In this document: one piece after another, positions 8,327 to 17,383 of the stretch
Numbering within the stretch: position 1 is the stretch's first letter
How the letters are laid out: every line of letters starts with the position of its first letter
Assembly (NCBI GenBank): GCA_022843855.1
Contig: JALHMV010000002.1
Span: 14,496-78,495, forward strand
Source of the DNA: Patescibacteria group bacterium
GTDB lineage: Bacteria > Patescibacteriota > UBA1384 > 2-12-FULL-50-11
Length of the DNA: 64,000 nt
Reading direction: 5' to 3'
The notes under the pieces: model-generated
Database searches by the model: none
What the model was told of the DNA's origin: nothing
The model's input: the letters and a program-made list of their open reading frames with translations, nothing else
Made by a program: the position numbers and the translations under genes

Positions 8327-9409
8327 ATGAAGCGGCTTCGAGGTATCGGTATTGGCCTGCTAATCACGGTCGGGCTTGTTGGTAGCCTCTCGACTGAGCT
8401 GCGCGCCCAACAATCAAACTCCGGCGTCAATCAGACAGACCGGCTGTTCTTTTCGCCCAGCAGCCTCTCGCCTCTGCTTAGTCAACCGAGCACGACAACG
8501 ATCCGCCTCGACAGCGCCCAGGGAGTGAGTATCGTTTCGCTCGTCCTCAACTACCCGGCCGAACGACTGCGAGTGACTGCGGTTGACTTCTCTGGCTCAG
8601 TCTTCGAAGAAGAAGTTGAACCGGTGACTGATACCAACGGCGAACTGCGCTTTAGCCGCGCTACTTTCCAGGAGAATGGCTATCTCGGCGGCGACGGTCT
8701 TGTCGGTCGGATCAGCTTTGAAGCGATAGCGACCGGTGAGAGCTCCGTAACGGTTGCGGTCGATCAGTCAGAAGTGCTCCACTACATTACTGGCGACAAC
8801 GTGCTTGCCTCGGCTGATAGGCTGACGATCGCCGCCCAGGCGAGCGGCCAAAGCGGATCCGGCAATAACCAATCCGGTGGTGGCGGGGGCGCTGGCTCTA
8901 ATCAAAGCTCGAACAAAAAAACCTCAAAGCGCTCATCGACTATCACGCCGATCGAAATACCGCTGCCGCCGAGCGGTCGTTTGAGCGACATTCGGGCAAC
9001 GGTCGACCAGACTGAGGCGACGATCGCCTGGCAGACCAGCGAAGCGTACGGTTACCGCTTGCTGTTTGGGCCGGATCAAACGGACCTGCAGCCGGAGCGA
9101 CGGCTCGAGCAAAAAGTCGCGCTAACCGAGCACTCAGCCCGTCTCAGTCAACTGACCCCGTGCACAACGTATCGTTTCACACTCAATCTCCTCACCGCCG
9201 TTGATTGGAGCGTGATTGACGAGCCGTATCAAGCCAGCTTCCGGACGCTCGGCTGCGACCAATCAGACGACGCCGTGACGTTGCCGGCGATCGATCGAAA
9301 CTCGGACGGACGTCGAACAATGGCTCTATTCTTGCTTGGACTCTTTATCCTGACCGCCACAACGACCTATCTGATGATCCGCCGCCGGCATCGGGGCGTA
9401 GCGCGCTAG
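8327..9409 (+). CDS. Cohesin-like domain + FN3-like domain surface protein with C-terminal TM anchor
   Basis: Signal peptide; LFFSPSS..VSLVLNYPAERLRV..GDGLVGRISFEAIATGES (cohesin-like); G/S linker; ATIAWQT..LSQLTPCTTYRF (FN3-like); TM followed by RRRHR. Confidence 0.75.
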   Translation: MKRLRGIGIGLLITVGLVGSLSTELRAQQSNSGVNQTDRLFFSPSSLSPLLSQPSTTTIRLDSAQGVSIVSLVLNYPAERLRVTAVDFSGSVFEEEVEPVTDTNGELRFSRATFQENGYLGGDGLVGRISFEAIATGESSVTVAVDQSEVLHYITGDNVLASADRLTIAAQASGQSGSGNNQSGGGGGAGSNQSSNKKTSKRSSTITPIEIPLPPSGRLSDIRATVDQTEATIAWQTSEAYGYRLLFGPDQTDLQPERRLEQKVALTEHSARLSQLTPCTTYRFTLNLLTAVDWSVIDEPYQASFRTLGCDQSDDAVTLPAIDRNSDGRRTMALFLLGLFILTATTTYLMIRRRHRGVAR

Positions 9410-9413
9410 CGAG

Positions 9414-9545
9414 TCATCGGCTCCAGGCGCTGTTTGATCCGGCTTCCCAGCGTGGGGTGACTGACGCGCTGGACAGCGAGACGAAGACGGCGGCCATCAT
9501 CACTGCGGCCAAGGTCATGGTGGCCAGTCGAGTCGGAGTCTTCAT
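9414..9545 (-). CDS. Candidate small secreted peptide (43 aa)
   Basis: MKTPTRLATMTLAAVMMAAVFVSLSSA|SVTPRWEAGSNSAWSR: signal-peptide-like N-terminus, purine-rich leader. Confidence 0.45.
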   Translation of the reverse strand: MKTPTRLATMTLAAVMMAAVFVSLSSASVTPRWEAGSNSAWSR

Positions 9546-9655
9546 TTTCTTGCCTCGAACCACTACACCGCTTGAGCTCAGCAGTTCAAGCCCACAACAC
9601 ACCCGCTCAGGCACTAGAAGCAAGAGAGAACGCTCTGATTTATTTTATTGGGAAA

Positions 9656-9678
9656 GCCCCCGCCAATCTGGCGGGGGC
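9656..9678 (-). terminator. Intrinsic terminator-like hairpin
   Basis: gcccccgcca-atc-tggcgggggc stem; followed by TTT on the minus strand. Confidence 0.6.
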
Positions 9679-9699
9679 ATGGGGATGGACTCGGTCCGA

Positions 9700-9801
9700 T
9701 CAGGACCGGGTCGTGATCGGCTCTTGCTGCCTCGTTGGCAGCCTCAAGATTACACGCGCGGTCCGCGGACCCGCCCGACATCGGGCAAAGTTGTCTGACA
9801 T
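9700..9801 (-). CDS. Candidate 33-aa basic peptide
   Basis: AAGGA SD, then MSDNFARCRAGPRTARVILRLPTRQQEPITTRS*, followed by the terminator hairpin. Confidence 0.3.
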   Translation of the reverse strand: MSDNFARCRAGPRTARVILRLPTRQQEPITTRS

Positions 9802-9949
9802 GATTGTCCTTGATCTTACCGGCACGGTCGCTGGCTAGATCAAGTGAAGAATACCATTTATCTTTGGATTAGTCAACAATTACGAGCACAGTTTTCGCTG
9901 AGTTATTGTGCGACTAGACAACCACCACGGCGCTCGGTAGCCTGAAAGT

Positions 9950-11281
9950 ATGAGCTCGACGCGCCGGATCTTTCTCTTCATCGCCCTGCCGCTGGTAGCG
10001 GTGTTTCTATTGATCGGCTACTTCTGGATAACGGACGTTGACAATAGCGGTCAACGAAAGACCGGCGACGGTCGCACGCAATACACGATCGACTGCCAAC
10101 CGCCCGACGAGCATCAGTGGTACCGCACCGATAATACTTTCCTCATCGATCATAAGAATCCAGACACCCTCTATGTCAGTGTCGAGTGGAAGGGCTTCTT
10201 CAAGTCAGTTGACGGCGGCGAGACCTGGACAAAAGTAGTGAACGGCATCTTCAGCGACCATATTGATAAAGTGACGAAAGAGAACTGCTACGGCGAGTAC
10301 CCAGCGGCGGTTATGGATCCAGAAAATCCCAACAGAATACTGCTAGCTACTTCCGGCTCTCCGGGTACTTTGAAAGACATTAACTCACAAGGCGGTGGCA
10401 TCTACGAAACTACCGACGGCGGCGAGAGTTGGACGCAGAAGATTCGCAACGACATGAACGTCTACTCGACCCGACTCGGGCTCGCGTTTAAACCTGGCGA
10501 CACTCAGACGTACTACTACGGCACCAGCGCTGCGCCGGCATCATATAACGAGGCCGATCAAACTAAGATATTCGTAACGAAAGGGATCATCTATCAGACA
10601 ACCGACAACGGGCAGACATGGACTGAACTTGAAACTGGTTTCATAAAGAACGCCCGACTAATGAGTATCATGGTCCACCCATCTAAGCCGGATACAATCA
10701 CGGCCGCAACAGCGGTCATCAACCGAAATATCGAGGGTCCGAACGATATCGCCGCCCAACAGATGGGTATCATCCAAACCACAGATGGCGGCAAAACGTG
10801 GAAGCGTGTCGACAACCTGCCGGTCGGCTACGAAGGCTCACAAGAAACAAAAGCGGCTCCGTCTAACGGTGACAATATGTTTCATATCCCCATGATCCAA
10901 GGCGACGACAATCTGCCGAAAGCTTTCTACTCACTTGACGGTGGGAAGACGTGGCTGGAGTCAGCTAAACATATGGACTCTGTTTCATACGACCCCCACG
11001 ATCTGAGCGGTAAGCGTCTACTCGGCTACTCTTGGCAGTGTATGGGTGAATGTCAAAAGACGCTCTGGCAAAGTCTCGACGCCGGTAAGTCCTGGCAGTC
11101 GTTCGGAACACTACCCAGCGAGATTAAGAACATCATGGATCAGAAAACTCGTGTACAGAACATCGTCTGGCATCCAACCAACAAGAGTACTTTCTTCATG
11201 ACTGGCGCCGGTGGTTTAGTCTGGAAGACAACTGACAACGGTTCGAGCTGGAACAAACTGCTCGACTACGGTCAATTATAG
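9950..11281 (+). CDS. Membrane-anchored BNR/Asp-box beta-propeller, paralog of 1444-2763
   Basis: Repeated DGG-x-T/S-W motifs; shares C-x-P..QWYRTD, CY.E and YDP.D..G...LGYSWQ with the first copy. Confidence 0.85.
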   Translation: MSSTRRIFLFIALPLVAVFLLIGYFWITDVDNSGQRKTGDGRTQYTIDCQPPDEHQWYRTDNTFLIDHKNPDTLYVSVEWKGFFKSVDGGETWTKVVNGIFSDHIDKVTKENCYGEYPAAVMDPENPNRILLATSGSPGTLKDINSQGGGIYETTDGGESWTQKIRNDMNVYSTRLGLAFKPGDTQTYYYGTSAAPASYNEADQTKIFVTKGIIYQTTDNGQTWTELETGFIKNARLMSIMVHPSKPDTITAATAVINRNIEGPNDIAAQQMGIIQTTDGGKTWKRVDNLPVGYEGSQETKAAPSNGDNMFHIPMIQGDDNLPKAFYSLDGGKTWLESAKHMDSVSYDPHDLSGKRLLGYSWQCMGECQKTLWQSLDAGKSWQSFGTLPSEIKNIMDQKTRVQNIVWHPTNKSTFFMTGAGGLVWKTTDNGSSWNKLLDYGQL

Positions 11282-11329
11282 GCCGGGTCTCGACTCCCAG
11301 GCTAACAGCAGTTACAATTACCGATAACT

Positions 11330-12307
11330 ATGCCAAATGGAAACGCCATTATCGTCAAAGGTTTGCGTAAATCGTACGGCAAGACCGAAGTCTTGAAGGG
11401 CGTTGATCTTGTCGTCGAAAAGGGAACGATGCTCGCCTTGCTTGGACCCAACGGCGCCGGTAAAACAACGGTCGTTCGGATCTTAAGCACCCTCCTTTCT
11501 CATGACGGCGGCGAAGCTTCGGTCAACGGCTACGACACCGCTACCCAATCCAACGAAGTTCGCAGCGTCATCGGCCTGACTGGTCAGTACGCCGCTGTCG
11601 ACGAATACCTAACCGGCCGCCAGAATCTCCTAATGATGGGTCGGCTGTATCGCCTGAGCGCTGCTGGCGCCAGACAGAGAGCCGAAGAGTTGCTCGAGCA
11701 ATTCGACCTCGTCGACGCTGCCAACCGCGTTGTTAAGAAGTACTCCGGCGGCATGCGGCGCCGTCTCGACCTGGCGATCAGCCTCATTGCGACGCCGCCG
11801 ATCATCTTCCTGGACGAGCCGACCACCGGCCTCGACCCACGCAGCCGCTTGGCGATGTGGGACGTTATCCGCAAGCTAATGGATTCCGGCGCGACGATCC
11901 TATTAACCACTCAGTATCTCGAGGAGGCTGATCAGCTCGCCGACAAGATCGCGGTCATTGACCAGGGTCGAGTTATCGCCGAAGGAACAGCCGACGAGCT
12001 CAAGCAGAAAGTCGGGAGCGACCGGCTCGAACTTACAATGGCAACCGACGCTGATTTCGCCAAGGCCGAAAAAATCGTCAGCGGAGATAATAAACAGACC
12101 CACCCGAAACGACGCGTTATTAGTATCGCCACATCGGGCGGTGTTTCGGGCTTAAACGCTGTCCTCTCTAGCCTTGAGAATGCCGGCGTAACCGTCGAAA
12201 CGCTCTCACTTCACAAGCCAACGCTCGACGACGTTTTCTTGCACCTAACCGGCCACGGCGCCGAGGCCGAAGAGCACGAGCCCAACATCGAGGAAACCCA
12301 TGTCTAA
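11330..12307 (+). CDS. ABC transporter ATP-binding protein, DrrA family
   Basis: Walker A GPNGAGKTT, signature YSGGMRRRLD, Walker B IFLDEPTTGLDP. Confidence 0.95.
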   Translation: MPNGNAIIVKGLRKSYGKTEVLKGVDLVVEKGTMLALLGPNGAGKTTVVRILSTLLSHDGGEASVNGYDTATQSNEVRSVIGLTGQYAAVDEYLTGRQNLLMMGRLYRLSAAGARQRAEELLEQFDLVDAANRVVKKYSGGMRRRLDLAISLIATPPIIFLDEPTTGLDPRSRLAMWDVIRKLMDSGATILLTTQYLEEADQLADKIAVIDQGRVIAEGTADELKQKVGSDRLELTMATDADFAKAEKIVSGDNKQTHPKRRVISIATSGGVSGLNAVLSSLENAGVTVETLSLHKPTLDDVFLHLTGHGAEAEEHEPNIEETHV

Positions 12308-13106
12308 CGCTACCGTTTCAACGAAGCCAGTCCAAAGCAGTGCGCTTGGACGGATCTTTTCCGACTCCGCCACGCTTATCAAGCGCAACCTGACTCATAT
12401 AAAGAACAACCCCGATCAGCTGCTCTCAATGGTTTTGCAGCCGGTGATGTTTATGTTGCTCTTCCGTTACGTCTTTGGTGGCGCCATTAACACCGGTGGA
12501 ACAAGTTACGTCAACTTCTTAACCGCCGGTATATTGGTCCAGGGCGCAGCCTTCGGCGCCACCACCACCGCGCTTGGCGTCGCGACCGACTTGCAACGCG
12601 GTATTATCGATCGCTTCCGCTCGCTACCGATGTTTAGTTCAGCCGTCTTAATCGGCCACGTCACAGCCGACCTTGTTCGTAACACCGTCTCCTCCGCGAT
12701 CATGATTGGAGTCGGTTTGATGGTTGGCTTTCGTCCCGAAGCCAACCTTGTCGAATGGTTAATGGCAGCCGGTATCCTCCTGCTCTTTACCTTCGCCATC
12801 TCCTGGCTCTCCGCTATTCTCGGCCTCCTGAGTAAGAGTATCGAAGCGGTCCAGTGGTTTAGCTTTATCGCCATCTTCCCCTTAACATTCGCCTCAAGCG
12901 CTTTCGTTCCAACCGACGGGATGCCGGCCGGTTTGCGATGGTTTGCCGAGAATCAGCCGATTACCCACGTCATCGAAGCCTTACGTGCACTCTTAGTTGG
13001 CACGCCGATCGACAATCACGGGTGGCTGGCCGTTGTCTGGTGTCTTGGTGCGATCGCCGTCTCGGTCCCGCTGACTGCCTACCTCTTCCGCCGCTATTCA
13101 AAGTAA
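12300..13106 (+). CDS. ABC-2 type transporter permease (DrrB-like)
   Basis: Six TM segments, GIIDRFRSLPM, FASSAFVP; overlaps the ATPase gene. Confidence 0.93.
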   Translation: MSNATVSTKPVQSSALGRIFSDSATLIKRNLTHIKNNPDQLLSMVLQPVMFMLLFRYVFGGAINTGGTSYVNFLTAGILVQGAAFGATTTALGVATDLQRGIIDRFRSLPMFSSAVLIGHVTADLVRNTVSSAIMIGVGLMVGFRPEANLVEWLMAAGILLLFTFAISWLSAILGLLSKSIEAVQWFSFIAIFPLTFASSAFVPTDGMPAGLRWFAENQPITHVIEALRALLVGTPIDNHGWLAVVWCLGAIAVSVPLTAYLFRRYSK

Positions 13107-13144
13107 GCGGTCGACAATAGGCATCGAGGGCGTACAATACCGCT

Positions 13145-13375
13145 ATGGACTATACAAAATTTGTGAACCTCAGCGGCTTTGAGTTCTCTGGAGCTAGCCT
13201 TGTTATCTTTGTCCTTTTGGCAATCTGGGAGCTGGCATGGAAAGGCCTAGCCTTATGGCGCGCGGCTGGGTTACGACAGAGCGGTTGGTTTGTCGCAATC
13301 CTCATCCTCAATACGTTCGGCGTTCTGCCGATTCTATATCTATACGTTTTCTCTAAGAAAAGTGTCACGCAGTAA
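13145..13375 (+). CDS. DUF5652-like small membrane protein
   Basis: WELAWKGLALWRAA..WFVAILILNTFGVLPILY. Confidence 0.8.
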   Translation: MDYTKFVNLSGFEFSGASLVIFVLLAIWELAWKGLALWRAAGLRQSGWFVAILILNTFGVLPILYLYVFSKKSVTQ

Positions 13376-13887
13376 TGCCCCAGAAGATATCGACTTGTCT
13401 CTGGTTTGATAGCGAAGCCGAGGAAGCCGCCGCGTTTTACACATCGGTTTTTCCCAACTCTAAAGTTGTGAGCACCCAGCGCTACCCCGAAGGTGGCGAA
13501 GGGGTAACCGGCAAACCAGCCGGATCGGTGATGACGGTTAGCTTCGAGATAGAAGGTCGCGAGTTCTTGGCCTTAAACGGCGGCGACGACTTCAAGTTTA
13601 ACGAATCCGTCTCCTTTATTATCGACTGTAAGGATCAGGAAGAAGCAGATCATTACTGGAATACCCTCACCACCAACGGCGGACAGGAGAGTATGTGCGG
13701 GTGGCTGAAAGACAAATACGGCGTTTCTTGGCAGATTGCCCCTCGACGACTTAACGAACTCCTGGCTGATCCCGATAAAGAAAGAGCGAAACGCGTGATG
13801 CACGCGATGCTACAAATGCGTCGCATCGATATCGCCGCGTTAGAAGAGGCTGCTAATGGAGCTTCCAAAAACCAGTCAGCCGGCTAG
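13375..13887 (+). CDS. VOC/PhnB family protein (3-demethylubiquinone-9 3-methyltransferase-like)
   Basis: KISTCLWFD..AEEAAAFY..LNGG..FNESVSF..CGWLKDKYGVSWQ. Confidence 0.9.
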   Translation: MPQKISTCLWFDSEAEEAAAFYTSVFPNSKVVSTQRYPEGGEGVTGKPAGSVMTVSFEIEGREFLALNGGDDFKFNESVSFIIDCKDQEEADHYWNTLTTNGGQESMCGWLKDKYGVSWQIAPRRLNELLADPDKERAKRVMHAMLQMRRIDIAALEEAANGASKNQSAG

Positions 13888-14038
13888 CCGAGCGCTGGCC
13901 GCTATCGGGGTAAAGTCGCTTGAGGACTTAACTAGATTCACCAGAAAAGAAATTGCCGACCTACACGGTATGGGGCCAAAGGCGCTCGATATTTTGTCGG
14001 CCCATCTGCGCACGGCTCATCTTGATTTCAGACCATGA
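13856..14038 (+). CDS. Small helix-hairpin-helix / RNAP alpha-CTD-like protein
   Basis: PASRALAAIGV.SLEDL..EIADLHGMGPKAL. Confidence 0.75.
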   Translation: MELPKTSQPASRALAAIGVKSLEDLTRFTRKEIADLHGMGPKALDILSAHLRTAHLDFRP

Positions 14039-14391
14039 CGAAACCAAAAACAGTTGAGGCCTACATCGCCAGTTTTCCGCCAGACACTCAAACAAAGCTC
14101 ACTGCAATACGCACGATCATCAAGAAGACCGCCCCCGAAGCCGAGGAGGGTATTAGTTACGGTATCGCCGGCTATACGCTTAACGGTCCGCTCGTCTATT
14201 TGGGCGGCTACAAGCAACATGTCAGCCTGTTTGCGACCGCGAGCCAACGGGTGGCCACAAAGTTTGCTCATGATCTCGCACCGTACAAACAATCGAAAGG
14301 AACCATTCAGTTTAAACTTAGCGAACCGCTCCCAACCGAACTAATACGCCGGATTATTACCGAACGAGTCCTGGAAAATACTGGCCGCTAA
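14035..14391 (+). CDS. DUF1801 (YdhG-like) protein
   Basis: TVEAYIA..IRTIIKKTAPEAEEGISYG..KGTIQF..PLP.ELI. Confidence 0.88.
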   Translation: MTKPKTVEAYIASFPPDTQTKLTAIRTIIKKTAPEAEEGISYGIAGYTLNGPLVYLGGYKQHVSLFATASQRVATKFAHDLAPYKQSKGTIQFKLSEPLPTELIRRIITERVLENTGR

Positions 14392-14424
14392 GACGGTGAG
14401 TCCTTTTATTGCTACAGTTATTCT

Positions 14425-15216
14425 ATGAGTTCAACACGAAAACTTTTTACCTTCATTGCGCTCCCACTGGTTATTATTTTTGTCGTCGTTACGGTTTTGG
14501 CGTCTCGCACTGGCGGGAAGAGCGACGGACCGTCTGCTGCGGAATCGGAGACGGTAGAGAGCGAGGACTCTTCCGCGGCTCAACTCAAACTTCAAAACCT
14601 TGGCGGCATTACACTAGCTGCCTATAACGCCGCTAGCGGTCTAGCGGGTGATATTAAGTTCTCTAAGAATGGACTCGACACGGCTCGGGGCCTGGAAACC
14701 CCGTTCTTCATGTTCGGCCAGAACCTTCCCAAGAACAGCGTCGACGAACCGCAACGAATCAACCCGAATTTTGAGTTCCGTAATATTGCAACTCAAATCG
14801 ACATTATCGCGGCCATCGACGGCATCGTCGTTGACCTCAAACAGCAGCCGGGCAGTAACGATTACGAGATCTTTCTCATCCCAAACGACAATAGTCCGTG
14901 GGTAGTTGGCTACGACCACGTTGTCTCGCCAACAGTCAAGCGCGGCGAGAAAGTCAAAGTCGGTCAGAAACTTGGCCTTATCGCTCCGGAAAACTCCGGA
15001 GGCTATCGTTACGAACTGCAGATAAACAACAATAACGACGACACGATGCATTGCCCGACTGAATTGCTCGATGCGAGCGTGAAAGAGACGATTAGCGCAC
15101 AGATCACGCAACTCGCCGCTGACTGGGTGGCCTGGTACGGCAAAGACGTCTTTGGCACGCACACAAACGGCTGTCTCACACCAACGCTTACCGCCGCCAA
15201 ATCAGAAGGCCGCTAA
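14425..15216 (+). CDS. Membrane-anchored M23/LytM-fold protein, zinc motifs degenerate
   Basis: IIAAIDGIV..YDHV..VKRGEKVKVGQKLG barrel-hybrid pattern; no HxxxD or HxH. Confidence 0.65.
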   Translation: MSSTRKLFTFIALPLVIIFVVVTVLASRTGGKSDGPSAAESETVESEDSSAAQLKLQNLGGITLAAYNAASGLAGDIKFSKNGLDTARGLETPFFMFGQNLPKNSVDEPQRINPNFEFRNIATQIDIIAAIDGIVVDLKQQPGSNDYEIFLIPNDNSPWVVGYDHVVSPTVKRGEKVKVGQKLGLIAPENSGGYRYELQINNNNDDTMHCPTELLDASVKETISAQITQLAADWVAWYGKDVFGTHTNGCLTPTLTAAKSEGR

Positions 15217-15255
15217 CCCCTTCGCAGACAAAGAACGTTGTAGTATGGTCGGACT

Positions 15256-15675
15256 ATGACTGCTCGCCAAACGCTGTACGCCCGCCTTGCTTTTGTCCTC
15301 GTTTTTTTCTCGGTTGTCGGCAGCCTGTATTTCAGTGAAGTTGCGGGCTTTCCGCCGTGCAAACTGTGTTGGGTTCAGCGCCTCGCAGTATTTCCATCAC
15401 TACTTATCCTGGGAGTCGGCCTGATACGGAAGGACTCACTGCTACACACGTATGTTTTACCGCTTGCTATCCCTGCGCTTTTGGTCTCGGCTTACCATAA
15501 TCTACTCTACTACGGCGTCCTCGCAGAATCCAAAGCAACCTGCGAAGCAGGCATCTCATGCACAACCAAATACATCGAGTGGTTCGGCTTTGTCACTATT
15601 CCGTTGCTAGCCCTGGTAGCCCTCGGTGGACTGACAACGTTAATGATTTTATTTCGACAAGAAGGAAGAAAGTAA
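15256..15675 (+). CDS. dsbB: Disulfide bond formation protein B (BdbC-type)
   Basis: GSLYFSEV..PCKLCWVQR, second Cys pair CEAGISC, TM helices. Confidence 0.88.
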   Translation: MTARQTLYARLAFVLVFFSVVGSLYFSEVAGFPPCKLCWVQRLAVFPSLLILGVGLIRKDSLLHTYVLPLAIPALLVSAYHNLLYYGVLAESKATCEAGISCTTKYIEWFGFVTIPLLALVALGGLTTLMILFRQEGRK

Positions 15676-15712
15676 TGATAGCCATTATATTTCGCAATGA
15701 AGGGAGAAAAGG

Positions 15713-16372
15713 ATGAGTTCGGATATGAAGTTCGTGAGCGTTATGATCGTCGTAGCCATCGCGGCGATTGCTGGCTTCTTTGTCTTTGGCCGCAACGGTG
15801 CCGAGACAAATGGCCCGATCGAACCAGCCGTATTGACTGACGCCGGTCAGCTCGTTCGAGAAGATTCGCCGGTGCGCGGTCCGGCTGATGCGAAGGTAAC
15901 AATCGTTGAGTTCGCCGATTTCCAATGCCCAGCCTGCAAGGCCGCCAAGCCAGTAATTCTGTCTGTTCTCGAAAAGAATCCAACGACCGTCAGGCTCGTT
16001 TTTCGTCATTTCCCAATCTCGTCAATCCACCAACACGCCGATCAAACCGCCCTATCGGCTGAAGCCGCCAAAAACCAAGGAAAGTTTTGGGAATGGTACG
16101 ACAAAATGTACGACGATCAAGAGGCTTGGAGCGCACAATCAAAGCGTAAGATTACCGAATTCCTCACTCAGATCGCCACAGATCTCGGGCTGAACACCGA
16201 GACGTTCACGACTGATGCAGCGGCGGCAGCGACTCGCGATATCGTCGCTCGCGACCTGGCTGACGCCGACGCGCTGGGCGTCAGCTCAACACCGACGTTT
16301 TTCGTCAACGGCCAGAAAATTGAGGGTACCAGCGCCCTCGAAGCCGCCGTTACCGCCGCGCTCGGACGGTAA
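15713..16372 (+). CDS. dsbA: DsbA/BdbD family thioredoxin-fold protein
   Basis: VTIVEFADFQCPAC, FRHFP, GVSSTPTFFVNG; N-terminal anchor. Confidence 0.9.
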   Translation: MSSDMKFVSVMIVVAIAAIAGFFVFGRNGAETNGPIEPAVLTDAGQLVREDSPVRGPADAKVTIVEFADFQCPACKAAKPVILSVLEKNPTTVRLVFRHFPISSIHQHADQTALSAEAAKNQGKFWEWYDKMYDDQEAWSAQSKRKITEFLTQIATDLGLNTETFTTDAAAAATRDIVARDLADADALGVSSTPTFFVNGQKIEGTSALEAAVTAALGR

Positions 16373-16397
16373 CTTCGTTTTTGCTACGATTAACACG

Positions 16398-17219
16398 ATG
16401 AACACGAAAAGAGCACTGCTGATCGCTATCCCAGTGATTATTGTTGCGATAGGGGCGACGTACTACTTGATGGGCGGCGAGAGAGAGCCCGTTCAACCGA
16501 ACGATTCGGCCACGAACATCGAGCCAGAGCCAAAGAATACGGACGAGAAAGCGGTGACGTGGCAGTTTGACGGTCAGCGGTGGCAACCTTCCAATACACC
16601 GCCAGAGTGTGACGAGCCCCTGGTACTCCAAACCCCCGTTGATATCTCCAAAGTAACCGCCATCCTTTACCCGGGACAAACCCGTGGCCAATACAAGCCG
16701 CACGGAGGTTTTCGATTTGACGGTGCGCCAAACGAAATTACCGTGACCGCCCCATACGACGCAATTGTCACTCAGGCGAGTCGTTACATCGAAGGCGGAG
16801 AAGTTCAGTACCTCTTTGAATTTGTAAACGAGTGCGGCATCGCCTATCGCTTTGACCACCTCCTCACACTCTCTGACAAATTTCAGGCATTGGCCGAACA
16901 GCTTCCGGCAGCCAAGGCTGACGACTCCCGCACCACCCGCCTATCACCGGTCGCTGTGACAGCCGGCGAAACAATCGCCACGGCTATCGGCTTCGCCACA
17001 ACAAAAAATGTAACCGTCGACTTCGGCGTCTATAATCTCCGGACACCGAACAAAGCTTCAGAAAACGCAGCGTACAAGGCTGCTCACACAAACCAGTCCT
17101 CGCTGGCTTACTACGGGGTGTGTTGGCTCGATCTCTTACCAACAGATGATAAATTAACCGCCAAAGCCCTACCAGGTGGCGATGGCCAAGTCGGCAAGCA
17201 AAGTGATTACTGCGAGTAG
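16398..17219 (+). CDS. Membrane-anchored M23-like protein, degenerate
   Basis: TM anchor; KPHGGFRFD..VTAPYDA..YRFDHL..VTAGETIAT. Start placed at ATG 16398, 7 nt after TACGAT. Confidence 0.65.
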   Translation: MNTKRALLIAIPVIIVAIGATYYLMGGEREPVQPNDSATNIEPEPKNTDEKAVTWQFDGQRWQPSNTPPECDEPLVLQTPVDISKVTAILYPGQTRGQYKPHGGFRFDGAPNEITVTAPYDAIVTQASRYIEGGEVQYLFEFVNECGIAYRFDHLLTLSDKFQALAEQLPAAKADDSRTTRLSPVAVTAGETIATAIGFATTKNVTVDFGVYNLRTPNKASENAAYKAAHTNQSSLAYYGVCWLDLLPTDDKLTAKALPGGDGQVGKQSDYCE

Positions 17220-17292
17220 AGCGAGCAGGAACCGAAGGATTACTGCGAGTAGAGCGAGCAGGAACCGAAGGATTACTGCGAGTAGAGCGAGC
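17205..17292 (+). repeat. 33-bp tandem repeat (2.7 copies) that includes the last codons and stop of the upstream gene
   Basis: gattactgcgagtagagcgagcaggaaccgaag at 17205 and 17238, partial at 17271. Confidence 0.95.
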
Positions 17293-17383
17293 TCGCGATA
17301 ACTGAAAGGTCGCTTCCCCAACCCCTCGCGATCATCTACTGAGCCCGTTCGCTTTTCCGCACACATTTTTGTACGGTTGGGGT

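Noticed and set aside
17205-17292. Possible CRISPR array
   Set aside because: Contiguous identical units, no unique spacers, no cas genes.
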